Part shown: piece by piece, positions 9,187-17,614 of the stretch | How positions within the stretch are numbered: position 1 is the stretch's first letter | Layout of the letters: each line of letters opens with the position of its first letter | Source of the DNA: Deltaproteobacteria bacterium | Lineage (GTDB): Bacteria > Desulfobacterota > Deferrimicrobia > Deferrimicrobiales > Deferrimicrobiaceae | Direction: 5' to 3' | DNA length: 64,000 nucleotides | Assembly: GCA_016234845.1 (NCBI GenBank) | Contig: JACRNP010000012.1 | Span: forward strand, 478-64,477 | Position numbers and translations under genes: made by a program | The notes under the pieces: generated by a model | Told to the model about the DNA's origin: nothing | Database searches by the model: none | What the model saw: only the letters and a program-made list of their open reading frames with translations

Positions 9187-9540
9187 ATGATCCTGCCCAA
9201 GCGCAACCCCGAGGTCGTCTGGCGTCTGGAGAAGGGGATCCACGCCATGGCGTGGGACAAGGCGCGCAAGGAGGAGGATTTCGAGGACGTCGGGGTGTTG
9301 ACGCTGATGGTCCAGGGCGGGATCCACCAGCTGAACCTGGTGGGGGCCGAGATCTGGACCCGGATCAACGGGATCAACACCGTCTCGAAGATCTCCGCGG
9401 AAGTGTCGGCGCTGTTCGGATGGGAACCGGGGGAGACGGAAGAGGCGGTGCTCGAGTTCCTGAAAGGGATCGAGGAGAAGGGGTGGGTCACGCTTGCGCC
9501 CGCTCCCGGCCGCGCGCCCGCCCCGGGGGGAAGGGCGTAG
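9187..9540 (+). CDS. PqqD-like peptide-binding protein (RiPP recognition element, RRE)
   Basis: The sequence MILPKRNPEVVWRLEKGIHAMAWD...LNLVGAEIWTRINGINTVSKISAEVSALFGWEPGETEEAVLEFLKGIEEKGWV follows the PqqD/PF05402 pattern (a 'LN.tg..iW.l.dG..tv.ei...l' core with an 'ef...L...gli' tail). It lies directly upstream of a radical SAM/SPASM gene, separated by 3 nt. Confidence 0.7.
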   Translation: MILPKRNPEVVWRLEKGIHAMAWDKARKEEDFEDVGVLTLMVQGGIHQLNLVGAEIWTRINGINTVSKISAEVSALFGWEPGETEEAVLEFLKGIEEKGWVTLAPAPGRAPAPGGRA

Positions 9541-9543
9541 CCG

Positions 9544-10548
9544 ATGCTTCCGTACCTCCCCTCGCCCGTCACCGTCAACTGGGGGATCACGGCGCGCTGC
9601 AACTTCGTCTGCAGCCACTGCTTCTCCCGCCTCGACCCGTCCCCGGAGCTGTCGCCCCCGGAGGCGAGGCGCGTGGTGGACATCCTCGCGGAGCGGTCGG
9701 TGATGTTCCTCAACTACGGGACCGGCGAGCCGCTGCTCCGCCCGGACCTGTTCACGCTTACGGAGCACGCGGTGGGGAGGGGCTTGAAGGTCACGATGAA
9801 CAGCAACGGATCGCTGATCGACGCGGCCGCGGCCCGGAGGATCCGCGAGGCGGGGTTCCACTCCGTGGGGATCAGCATCGATTCGGCGTCGGCGTCCGTC
9901 CACGACTCCTTCCGGAGGATGCCCGGCAGCTTCGGCAAGGCCGTGAAGGCGGCGCGCCTGCTGCGGGAAGAGGGGATCGCCCTCACGATCTCGTCGGTCG
10001 TCTGCAAGGTGAACCACGACGATTTTCCGGCGCTGGTCGCGCTGGCGAAGGAGCTCGGGGCGGGGACCATCGACCTGCACAACTTCAAATGCTCCGGCAT
10101 GGGGGGGCTGAACAAGGAGGCGTTGGACCTGTCGCCCGCGGAGTGGAAGGCGTTCTACCAACGCGCGGTGCCCCTCCGCGACGCGGAACACGGCATCGCC
10201 ATCGCCTTCGACGACCCGATCCTCTCGTTGCTGGGCGGGGAAGACAGGGGCCGGCTCGTCGCCGGATCGGTGTGCGGAAAGTTGTCCCTCTACATCAAGC
10301 CGAACGGGGAGATCACCCCGTGCGGTTTCATCCCGGTGACGATCGGCCATATCCTGCGGGACGATTTCGGCGAGGTGTGGCACGGGTCGGAGCTGCTCGC
10401 CCGGCTGCGAACCAAGGCGGCGGCCGGGAAATGCTCGGGATGCGCGAAATTCTCCTCGTGCCTCGGCGGCTGCACCGCCCGCGCGTTCGCCGTGTACGGC
10501 GCCTGGGACGCTCCCGATCCCCATTGCTGGTCCGACGGGAAATCCTGA
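9544..10548 (+). CDS. Radical SAM/SPASM-domain peptide-modifying enzyme (PqqE/anSME/MftC-like)
   Basis: The N-terminal radical SAM cluster is WGITARCNFVCSHCF (CxxxCxxC). The C-terminal SPASM cysteines are SVCGKL...PCGF...CSGCAKFSSCLGGCTARA. Confidence 0.85.
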   Translation: MLPYLPSPVTVNWGITARCNFVCSHCFSRLDPSPELSPPEARRVVDILAERSVMFLNYGTGEPLLRPDLFTLTEHAVGRGLKVTMNSNGSLIDAAAARRIREAGFHSVGISIDSASASVHDSFRRMPGSFGKAVKAARLLREEGIALTISSVVCKVNHDDFPALVALAKELGAGTIDLHNFKCSGMGGLNKEALDLSPAEWKAFYQRAVPLRDAEHGIAIAFDDPILSLLGGEDRGRLVAGSVCGKLSLYIKPNGEITPCGFIPVTIGHILRDDFGEVWHGSELLARLRTKAAAGKCSGCAKFSSCLGGCTARAFAVYGAWDAPDPHCWSDGKS

Positions 10549-10615
10549 CGCAAGACGCTCCGCCGCACGCCTCCCGCGGTAAAATGTCCGGACTCGTCGC
10601 ATTCGGGAGAGGAAC

Positions 10616-11521
10616 ATGGAGTTTTCGCTGCCCATACGCATCCGGTGGGACGTCGATTTCCGGGGGCGGTCCGGCCGGGTGAAGCGGATCGCACGCCGCG
10701 TCGCGGAAGCGTCCCCGCTCTTCGTGGAGCTTCACATTTCCGGCAATCGCGGATGGAAGGAGTTTCCCGCGATCGTCGCGGAACTCCAGAAGGCGGGGTG
10801 CCGGGTTTCCGCGCACATCGCCCTTTTTCCGGAAGCCGGGGCCGCTCCCCGCAGGGGGTACCCGGTGGATTTCGTCTGGGACATCGGACGAACCGCGGGA
10901 TTCGTCCCGCGACTTCCGGACGGGGCCACCGCGGTCTCCTTCGTTCCCGACGACGAATCGGCGGAAGAGCTGCCGGAAGTGCTCACGGAGTTCGCGGAGT
11001 GCGGGATCTCCGACCTGCACCTGGTGAACGTGAACGCGGTCCGTTCGATCGCGGAACGCGGGCACGTGCCGGTTCCGGCGATCGGCAAGCTCCGGGAGGC
11101 CGTGGCGGAGACCGCCTCCAGGGGGACGGCGCTCGAAGGAAAACGGCTGGTGGTGCACGACTACTTTCTCTGGAAGGCGCTCTCGGACATGTACCCGGGG
11201 ACGACGGGAGAGCGCGTCGAGTTCACCGGGTGCCAGGCCGGCACCGCGCTGGCCTTCGTGGACTGGGAAGGGAACGTGTACCCGTGCGACTCCCTCCCGA
11301 TCCGGCTCGGCAACATCGAGGAGTCCGCCTTCATCGACGTGTGGGATTCTCCGGTGCGGTCGCGGGTGGTCGATTCCATCCGGGGAACGCCGTGGGCGTG
11401 CGACGGGTGCGGCGAATACCGCGGGTGCTTCGGCGGTTGCCGCGGCATGGGGTACCTGGCGGCGGGTTCCCTCGATGCGCCGGACCCGGCGTGTCCTTCG
11501 GTCCCCCGCACCGATCGTTGA
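10616..11521 (+). CDS. Pseudo-radical-SAM/SPASM protein (SPASM-type C-terminal Cys clusters but no CxxxCxxC SAM cluster)
   Basis: It has a good RBS (GGGAGAGG) before the ATG. The C-terminus FTGCQAGTALAFVDWEGNVYPCDSL...WACDGCGEYRGCFGGCRGMGY resembles a SPASM/twitch domain. The first 200 aa contain a single Cys and no CxxxCxxC. Length and the C-terminal layout parallel the adjacent true rSAM. Confidence 0.65.
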   Translation: MEFSLPIRIRWDVDFRGRSGRVKRIARRVAEASPLFVELHISGNRGWKEFPAIVAELQKAGCRVSAHIALFPEAGAAPRRGYPVDFVWDIGRTAGFVPRLPDGATAVSFVPDDESAEELPEVLTEFAECGISDLHLVNVNAVRSIAERGHVPVPAIGKLREAVAETASRGTALEGKRLVVHDYFLWKALSDMYPGTTGERVEFTGCQAGTALAFVDWEGNVYPCDSLPIRLGNIEESAFIDVWDSPVRSRVVDSIRGTPWACDGCGEYRGCFGGCRGMGYLAAGSLDAPDPACPSVPRTDR

Positions 11522-11554
11522 ATACGCCTCGGGTAATATGATGTAATCCACCGG

Positions 11555-12127
11555 ATGGCCTACGAAGACGACTCGAGGCTTGCGCGGAAGGCCCAGCGGG
11601 GGGACCGCGAGGCGTTCGAGGTCATCCTGACGCGATACGAACGACCGATCTTCTCCTTCATCTACCACTTCTTCCACAACCCTTCCCTCTGCGAAGACCT
11701 GACCCAGGAGACGTTCCTTCGCGCGTGGAGGTTCATCAAATCGTTCCGGCCGAAGGAAAAACTTTCGACCTGGCTCTTCTCCATCGCGAAGAACCTCTGC
11801 ATCGACGAGCTGCGGCGGATGCAGAAGGGGACCACCGTCGACATCGACGCCGTGGATCCCGAAGCGCTCGTCTCGGAGGGCGACCGTGCGGGAGACCCCC
11901 TGGACGCGTCGATCCGGCTGCAGGAGGGGGAGATGCTTCGGAAAGCGATCGCACGGATGCCGGATAAATACCGGGCGTGCATCATCCTGTTCTATTTCAA
12001 CGAGCTCAGCTACGAGGAAATCGCGCAAGTCATGGATATTTCCCTCAGCAACACGAAGATTCTCCTGTTCCGGGGGAAAAAGATGCTCGCCGGCCTGTAC
12101 AGGGAGGACCGGGGCGGAAAAGTGTAA
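11555..12127 (+). CDS. ECF-family RNA polymerase sigma-70 factor
   Basis: Region 2 is RGDREAFEVILTRYERPIFSFIYHFF...DLTQETFLRAWRFIKSF. Region 4 is RMPDKYRACIILFYFNELSYEEIAQVMDISLSNTKILLFRGKKML. Confidence 0.85.
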   Translation: MAYEDDSRLARKAQRGDREAFEVILTRYERPIFSFIYHFFHNPSLCEDLTQETFLRAWRFIKSFRPKEKLSTWLFSIAKNLCIDELRRMQKGTTVDIDAVDPEALVSEGDRAGDPLDASIRLQEGEMLRKAIARMPDKYRACIILFYFNELSYEEIAQVMDISLSNTKILLFRGKKMLAGLYREDRGGKV

Positions 12128-12181
12128 CAATCCGGCCCGGTGGATGTAGTAAGGGATGCACGGTACAAGGGGGAGGGTGTT

Positions 12182-12985
12182 TTGACCGGTTGCCGGAAAT
12201 ACGAAGGGATTCTCGCGAAATACCTGGACGGGGACGCGCTGCTCCAGGACCGGGAGGAGCTCGAACAGCATCTTTCCGTCTGCCCCGACTGCGAGCGGCT
12301 GTACCTTGAGCTGTCCGACGTGGACCGGGCATTGCGGGAGCATCCCGGGAAGCAGGTCGATCTCCCGCCGTACCTTCACGCACGGATCGTGGCGAACCTT
12401 CCGGAGAAGCAGGAATTTCCCCTTTGGGCATCCTGGGGCCGCCGGGCCGCGGCATTCGGCGTGGCCGTCGCCGGGGTCATCGCCCTGGCGATCGTTCTCC
12501 GGCAGGGGGATGGCACGCGGGTCGACCGTGTCGCCTCCGCCCCTTCCCCCGCGCCCGTGGTTCAACCCTCCGCACCGTCCGGTCCGCGGGAGATCCCCGT
12601 CCTTTCTTCCCCCGGTGAGCCTCGGGAACTTCCCGCCCGGAAGCCGGAACCGGATGGCGGCGGCAAGCGGGGAACCGAGGTGGCCTCCGCCCCGAAAGTG
12701 CAGGTGATCAAGGAAGTGAAGATCTTCTTCTACTACCCGCCGGCGCGGACCGTCGCCGTGACGGGCGACTTCAACAATTGGGACGCGAACGGCGTGCCGC
12801 TTGCGGTCGCCGGAAAGCCCGGCCTGTGGGAAACCGAGCTGCGGCTCCCCCCCGGCGCCTACTCGTACAACTTCATCGTTGACGGGGAGCTTCTCGTCCC
12901 CGACCCGAACTCGCCGAACCAGATGCCGGACGGGTACGGCGGGACGAACTCGATCCTGCTGGTGCAGGGGGAGACGGCGATATGA
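12182..12985 (+). CDS. Anti-sigma factor: N-terminal zf-HC2, one TM, C-terminal CBM48/E-set (glycogen-binding-like) beta-sandwich
   Basis: The TTG at 12182 is preceded by AGGGGGAGGG; the ORF track begins at the GTG at 12140. The zinc finger is HLSVCPDCERLY. The TM is AAAFGVAVAGVIALAIVL. The C-terminus KIFFYYPPARTVAVTGDFNNWDANGVPLAVAGKPGLWETELRLPPGAYSYNFIVDGELLVPDPNS matches the AMPK-beta/isoamylase-N (CBM48) pattern. It is directly downstream of the ECF sigma gene. Confidence 0.7.
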   Translation: MTGCRKYEGILAKYLDGDALLQDREELEQHLSVCPDCERLYLELSDVDRALREHPGKQVDLPPYLHARIVANLPEKQEFPLWASWGRRAAAFGVAVAGVIALAIVLRQGDGTRVDRVASAPSPAPVVQPSAPSGPREIPVLSSPGEPRELPARKPEPDGGGKRGTEVASAPKVQVIKEVKIFFYYPPARTVAVTGDFNNWDANGVPLAVAGKPGLWETELRLPPGAYSYNFIVDGELLVPDPNSPNQMPDGYGGTNSILLVQGETAI

Positions 12986-13584
12986 GGTATCCGCTGTCGG
13001 GTTTCTTCGCGGCCCTGGCCGTTATCTGGCTGGTCGCCGTTCCCCCGGCCGGCGCACAGCTCACCGGGATCGACGACCTGTGCCGGCTCCACGGGATCGG
13101 GGACGACGAAAGCATCGTCAGGATCCGCACCGCCTATCTGCAGGCGATGGAGACGGGTATCTCGGAAGAGATCCTCTTCCCGTTTGTCGAGGATGTCCTT
13201 CGGCACAAGCTCAACTGCGGTCAGATGGTGCGGGTGCTCGACGTCACGGCGCGGTTGAGAAAGGCGGACCTGCCGTACTTCGTCGTATTCAGCAAGGTGA
13301 GGGAGGGAGTCGCCAAGGAGGCGCCTCCGGCCCGGGTGGTGGAGGCCGCCGAGGCGAAATTTAAGACTTTATCGGAATCCCGCGATGTTTTAAAATCTCT
13401 CGGGTCGATGGGATACGGCATCCGCGACCCGCAGAACGCCGCGGTGGTGGTTTCCTCCTACATCGAAAGGGGATACGCCCCCGCGGAAATCGTGACGCAG
13501 ATCAGGAACAAGGGGATCCAGGGGGGGGGATTTGCCGCGTTGTCCGGCGTGCTGGAGAAACCGGTGAAACGGAAAGCGCACTGA
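12982..13584 (+). CDS. Secreted hypothetical protein (200 aa)
   Basis: The ATG overlaps the upstream stop (ATGA). The signal peptide is MRYPLSGFFAALAVIWLVAVPPAGAQ. I recognised no family. Confidence 0.55.
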   Translation: MRYPLSGFFAALAVIWLVAVPPAGAQLTGIDDLCRLHGIGDDESIVRIRTAYLQAMETGISEEILFPFVEDVLRHKLNCGQMVRVLDVTARLRKADLPYFVVFSKVREGVAKEAPPARVVEAAEAKFKTLSESRDVLKSLGSMGYGIRDPQNAAVVVSSYIERGYAPAEIVTQIRNKGIQGGGFAALSGVLEKPVKRKAH

Positions 13585-13586
13585 CC

Positions 13587-16500
13587 TTGCCGGCGCGCAA
13601 AAAGAGGCCCGCCCTCGGCGCGGCGTCGCGGCTGCCGCTCGCGGCGGTCCTTTTCGCCGCCGGAATCCTCGTCGCCGTCTCCTGGTCCCCGGCGAGCGCC
13701 GGAGTGTCCGGCACGCTGCACGACTTCTCGAAGGACGGCCCCTACGGGCTTTCCACCCCGATCGCCGCGTCGGGGGCCTGTTCCGGGTGCCACATCCCGC
13801 ACGGCGCCGATCCGAACGCTCCCATCTGGGCGCGAAGCCTGGCGGATTACATATCGGGGCTTACGGTGAACGGAGACACGGCGGGCAAGCCGAACTACGT
13901 TCTCCCTCCCACCCGCGCCTGCTACGACTGCCACGACGACCAGAGCTCCTTCCAGAACAACAAGCCGACGGGCTGGGGATTTTCGGCATCCCACACCCCG
14001 CCCGACATCGCCTTCGGGACCCAGGGACCGAGGGCGGGAAAAACCGGGTATTACGAGAACAACCCGCCGAGCTCCGACACCTACGGTGCGGATCCGTCGC
14101 TGAGGCCGCTTGCCACATGGCCGACCGACAACACGGCTTTGAACAAGACCGGCGGCCACTACTTCAAATGGGGCGATCCGACGGGGAGCACCAACGACAC
14201 GTTCGACATCGGCGACAAGCTTCCGTGCAGCGATTGCCACGACCCGCACTCGGGCTCGGGCTTCCAGGCGTTCATCCGCTCGAACCTCCCAAACAGCGGC
14301 GCGAACCCCGGACTCGGATCTTCCTACTCCTCGGTGACGGCGAGCAGCTTCATGTCGAACAACAGCGGGATCACCCGCAGCAACTCCGAGAGCCGGAAGA
14401 TCTGCGTTGCGTGCCACGGCTACTCGAACAACGGCACCCCGGTCAAATATTACGCGATCAATCCAGCCGCGTACGCCAACAACACCGACAACGTTCCGAG
14501 GCCGCCCCCGTCGGTTTCGGACCACGACAGCTCGGCGACCTCCGTCGCATGCGTATCGTGTCACGACCACAACACGGTCGGCGCCTCCTGCTCGACGTGC
14601 CACGGATACCCCCCGCCCGGGTATCCCGCCGGGAACACCCCTACGGCGTACTCTTCCGGGGCGGACAGCCACGCCCGGCACAGAAACGGCTACGCGTACG
14701 CCTGCGGCGTCTGCCACACCGGAAACGCCCACCAGGACAACAACGTGCAGGTGTCGTTCGATACGACCATCCTCGGAGGGCGGCTCGCCCTGGGGTCTTC
14801 GACGAATCCGTCCCCCCCGAAACGGGTGCCGGCGGGCGGGACCCAATGCTCGAACATCTACTGCCACAGCTCCGGCCGCGACGGGATCACCCCGTCGTCG
14901 AATCCGACCCATTACTCCACGGTCCAGTGGGGCGTGCAGTCCGGGCAGGTGATGTGCGACGGTTGCCACGGAAAATTCACGGTCGGCTCCGGCGGTGATT
15001 TTCTCGCGGACAACACGAGCATGCGGTACGGAGCGCCGAACTACGTCAATTCGGGAGCGCCGGGCTCCGCGACCTCGAACTCCCACAGGGCCCACGTAGG
15101 GACGTACGAATGTTCCGTCTGTCACGGGAGCGCTTTCGGCGATTACAACCCGGTATCCAGGACACGGACGATCTCGAGCGTCGCCAACCACGTGAACGGC
15201 ACCCGCAACATATCGTTCACCGGGCCGGCGTTGGGAGGATCGGTAAACTACGATTCCGCCACGAAGACGTGCACCGTTCCCTCCTGCCACGGCGGAGGCG
15301 CGCCGCAGTGGGGAGGAAGCCTCACGGGCTGCTCCGACTGCCACCTGTCGTCGAGCCCGGACTCCGACGTGTACCTGAACCACTCGGCGAGCAACAACCT
15401 GTACGACGCAAACCAGGCGGGGAACATCAACATCACCGAATGGCAATATTCCGGACACGGGAAGACGACGGGCACGTACGACGTATCAGGCCGCCCCGCC
15501 GCCAACTTCTCGGGGGGAGACCCCTGCTACTTCTGCCACAACCCGTACGCGCTGCACGACAACACCTCCAACCCGTTCCGGTTGAAGGACCAGACCGGGG
15601 CGGCCGCGTACCTTTCCGACAAGGGGTGGAACGCGACGTGCCTGGTGTGCCACTACCATGCCACGGCACCGGTCGGCTACAACCCGTTCGGCGGGGCCGC
15701 CGTGAAGGCGACGGCGGCGTTCACCGACAACAACCATTACGGCGCGGATCATGTCGCCGCGGGGACGAACGGCGGAAAGCTCTGCTGGGACTGCCACGAT
15801 CCGCACGGCGACCGGCCGTCGTCCGGCGTGAACAACATCTACATGATCCAGGGGGGTGGCAGCCGCACCGCTCCTGCCGTCGGACAACTGCTCAGGCAGA
15901 GCGACGGCACCTACGGGTTCCGCGGCACAGCGGGGACATTGACGACCAACGCTCCAGCGTTCATCGCGGCCGCCACGGGGACCGACTACGTGGACAATAC
16001 CGGCGTCAACAGGAACGGGATCTGCCAGGTCTGTCACACGACCGCCTCCCACTGGACCGCGACGAGCGGCGACGGGCACAACGCCGGAGCCCGTTGCACC
16101 CAGTGCCACACGCACGATTCGGGATTCGCCCCGTCCGACTGCAGGGGGTGCCACGGGGGGAACGACGGTTTGACGGGGGCGGCGGGAGCGCCATTCGTCA
16201 CGAGGTACTGGGGGGATTCCGGGACGACGGGGATCAAGAGCGGGCACGGAAGGGCGACCAGCCCCGCGATCGGGTGCGGGGATTGCCACGACGCGACTCT
16301 TCCGGGAGGGAGCACTCACAAGACGAACAACACATCGGGGACGGCGCCTTTCAACATCAACACCGAACATTGGCAGGGCAAGACCCGCACGGCCGATACG
16401 GATCCCAACACGAACACGTCCCACCTGATAGCGGCCTATATCGGTACCGGCACCGACGCGCAGAAGCAGATCGCGTTCGACGACGCATGTTACAGTCGCT

Positions 16501-16889
16501 GCCACCAGGGGAAGGGCATTTCGAATCACCGGCATACGAAACAGTCCCCGCTTTACATGGAGTTCGGAAGGAAGGGGACGACCTCGAACCCGAAGCAGTA
16601 CGTCTGGAACAACAACGGTTCCTGGGACTACAAGAACGAATTCTACAAATCGTGGAGCCCCTGGACCATCCGCGACCTGACGACGGATGCGACCTACCCC
16701 GGATCGATGCCTTCCACGCACTATGGAACCTGCGTCTCCTGCCACGACCCCCATGGAACGGGGATCACGGACAACACCGTCACCAACAGCGGACCGAGCT
16801 CGGGGACGTGGACGAACCACATGGTCCGGGGGAAATGGAAAACGGACACGGCGGCCTTCTGCAACGGCGCCTGCCACAGGAAACCGTAA
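13587..16889 (+). CDS. Giant multihaem c-type cytochrome (1100 aa, about 22 haem-binding motifs, mixed CXXCH and CX3-4CH)
   Basis: The TTG start lies 3 nt after the previous stop. The signal peptide is PARKKRPALGAASRLPLAAVLFAAGILVAVSWSPASA. There are many CXXCH motifs (CSGCH, CYDCH, CSDCH, CVACH, CVSCH, CSTCH, CGVCH, CDGCH, CSVCH, CYFCH, CLVCH, CWDCH, CQVCH, CTQCH, CRGCH, CGDCH ...). Non-canonical motifs include CSNIYCH, CTVPSCH, CYSRCH and CNGACH. Confidence 0.9.
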   Translation: MPARKKRPALGAASRLPLAAVLFAAGILVAVSWSPASAGVSGTLHDFSKDGPYGLSTPIAASGACSGCHIPHGADPNAPIWARSLADYISGLTVNGDTAGKPNYVLPPTRACYDCHDDQSSFQNNKPTGWGFSASHTPPDIAFGTQGPRAGKTGYYENNPPSSDTYGADPSLRPLATWPTDNTALNKTGGHYFKWGDPTGSTNDTFDIGDKLPCSDCHDPHSGSGFQAFIRSNLPNSGANPGLGSSYSSVTASSFMSNNSGITRSNSESRKICVACHGYSNNGTPVKYYAINPAAYANNTDNVPRPPPSVSDHDSSATSVACVSCHDHNTVGASCSTCHGYPPPGYPAGNTPTAYSSGADSHARHRNGYAYACGVCHTGNAHQDNNVQVSFDTTILGGRLALGSSTNPSPPKRVPAGGTQCSNIYCHSSGRDGITPSSNPTHYSTVQWGVQSGQVMCDGCHGKFTVGSGGDFLADNTSMRYGAPNYVNSGAPGSATSNSHRAHVGTYECSVCHGSAFGDYNPVSRTRTISSVANHVNGTRNISFTGPALGGSVNYDSATKTCTVPSCHGGGAPQWGGSLTGCSDCHLSSSPDSDVYLNHSASNNLYDANQAGNINITEWQYSGHGKTTGTYDVSGRPAANFSGGDPCYFCHNPYALHDNTSNPFRLKDQTGAAAYLSDKGWNATCLVCHYHATAPVGYNPFGGAAVKATAAFTDNNHYGADHVAAGTNGGKLCWDCHDPHGDRPSSGVNNIYMIQGGGSRTAPAVGQLLRQSDGTYGFRGTAGTLTTNAPAFIAAATGTDYVDNTGVNRNGICQVCHTTASHWTATSGDGHNAGARCTQCHTHDSGFAPSDCRGCHGGNDGLTGAAGAPFVTRYWGDSGTTGIKSGHGRATSPAIGCGDCHDATLPGGSTHKTNNTSGTAPFNINTEHWQGKTRTADTDPNTNTSHLIAAYIGTGTDAQKQIAFDDACYSRCHQGKGISNHRHTKQSPLYMEFGRKGTTSNPKQYVWNNNGSWDYKNEFYKSWSPWTIRDLTTDATYPGSMPSTHYGTCVSCHDPHGTGITDNTVTNSGPSSGTWTNHMVRGKWKTDTAAFCNGACHRKP

Positions 16890-16896
16890 AGATTCC

Positions 16897-17514
16897 ATGG
16901 GAATGATCCGAAATACGCCTCGGACGGCCGGCACGCCGGTCGCGGTGCTCCTGCTCGTGATCGTTGCCGCTTGCGCGTCCGTGGAGCCTCGCAAGCCCGC
17001 TCCCTCCCTGGAAGGAAGGATCCAGGGACAGCTGATACCGCAGGATAATTCGATCCGGCTCGGCGGCGTGGAAATCCGGGCCGCTGGGAAAACCACGGCT
17101 ACCGATGAGGAAGGGCGGTTCGCCTTCGACACGCTGCCCCAGGGGAAGATCTCGATCGTCGCCGAAAAAAGAGCCGGCCGGGAAGATGCCGGCAGAATGA
17201 TGGGAATCACTGTTGTTTATATCGGGGAAAATCCCGTCCAGTTCAAGGTGCCGTTCAGGGACGCGGCGTTCTTGGACCGGTTCTGCGAGGATTGCCACCC
17301 TTACCGGCCGAAACAACCCATCCGGCAGGGGCAGGTCATACGGGATGTGCATGTTTCGGGGATCGTACCGAATAAGGCGACGAAATGGCCGGAAAGCCTC
17401 GATTCGAAGGGGCGGGTCACCTGTGAAAGTTGCCATACGCTCCACGAGACCACCAAGTTCGGGAAATTCCTGGTCGACCTGAAATCGGGTCCGCTGTGCA
17501 AGAAATGCCACTGA
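16897..17514 (+). CDS. Triheme c-type cytochrome lipoprotein
   Basis: The ATG is 8 nt after the previous stop. The lipoprotein signal is MGMIRNTPRTAGTPVAVLLLVIVAAC. A CarbopepD_reg-like N-terminal domain is followed by CEDCH, CESCH and a C-terminal CKKCH. Confidence 0.75.
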   Translation: MGMIRNTPRTAGTPVAVLLLVIVAACASVEPRKPAPSLEGRIQGQLIPQDNSIRLGGVEIRAAGKTTATDEEGRFAFDTLPQGKISIVAEKRAGREDAGRMMGITVVYIGENPVQFKVPFRDAAFLDRFCEDCHPYRPKQPIRQGQVIRDVHVSGIVPNKATKWPESLDSKGRVTCESCHTLHETTKFGKFLVDLKSGPLCKKCH

Positions 17515-17529
17515 GGATGCTCGGAAAGT

Positions 17530-17548
17530 AACGAATTTTTCGTTTTTC
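17530..17548 (+). terminator. Candidate weak intrinsic terminator or regulatory hairpin between the triheme lipoprotein and the giant cytochrome gene
   Basis: AACGAA-ttt-TTCGTT (a 6-bp stem at 17530-17535 and 17539-17544) is followed by TTTT. It sits in an unusually AT-rich 100-bp spacer that also carries a GTATTCGTATTC direct repeat. The stem is weak, with only 2 GC pairs. Confidence 0.3.
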
Positions 17549-17614
17549 CGTATTCGTATTCATTGGCGGTCGGTTCGCGAGCGGTGGACTGCCCAACGTA
17601 CACGGGAGGGATCG

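Noticed and set aside
10584-10682. 33-aa ORF MSGLVAFGRGTWSFRCPYASGGTSISGGGPAG in the gap after the rSAM gene, a tempting RiPP-precursor candidate
   Set aside because: It overlaps the well-supported start (RBS GGGAGAGG-ATG at 10616) of the pseudo-rSAM gene by 67 nt in a different frame. It has no RBS. It is the tail of a long spurious frame (9252..10682). It cannot be excluded without conservation data but is unlikely.
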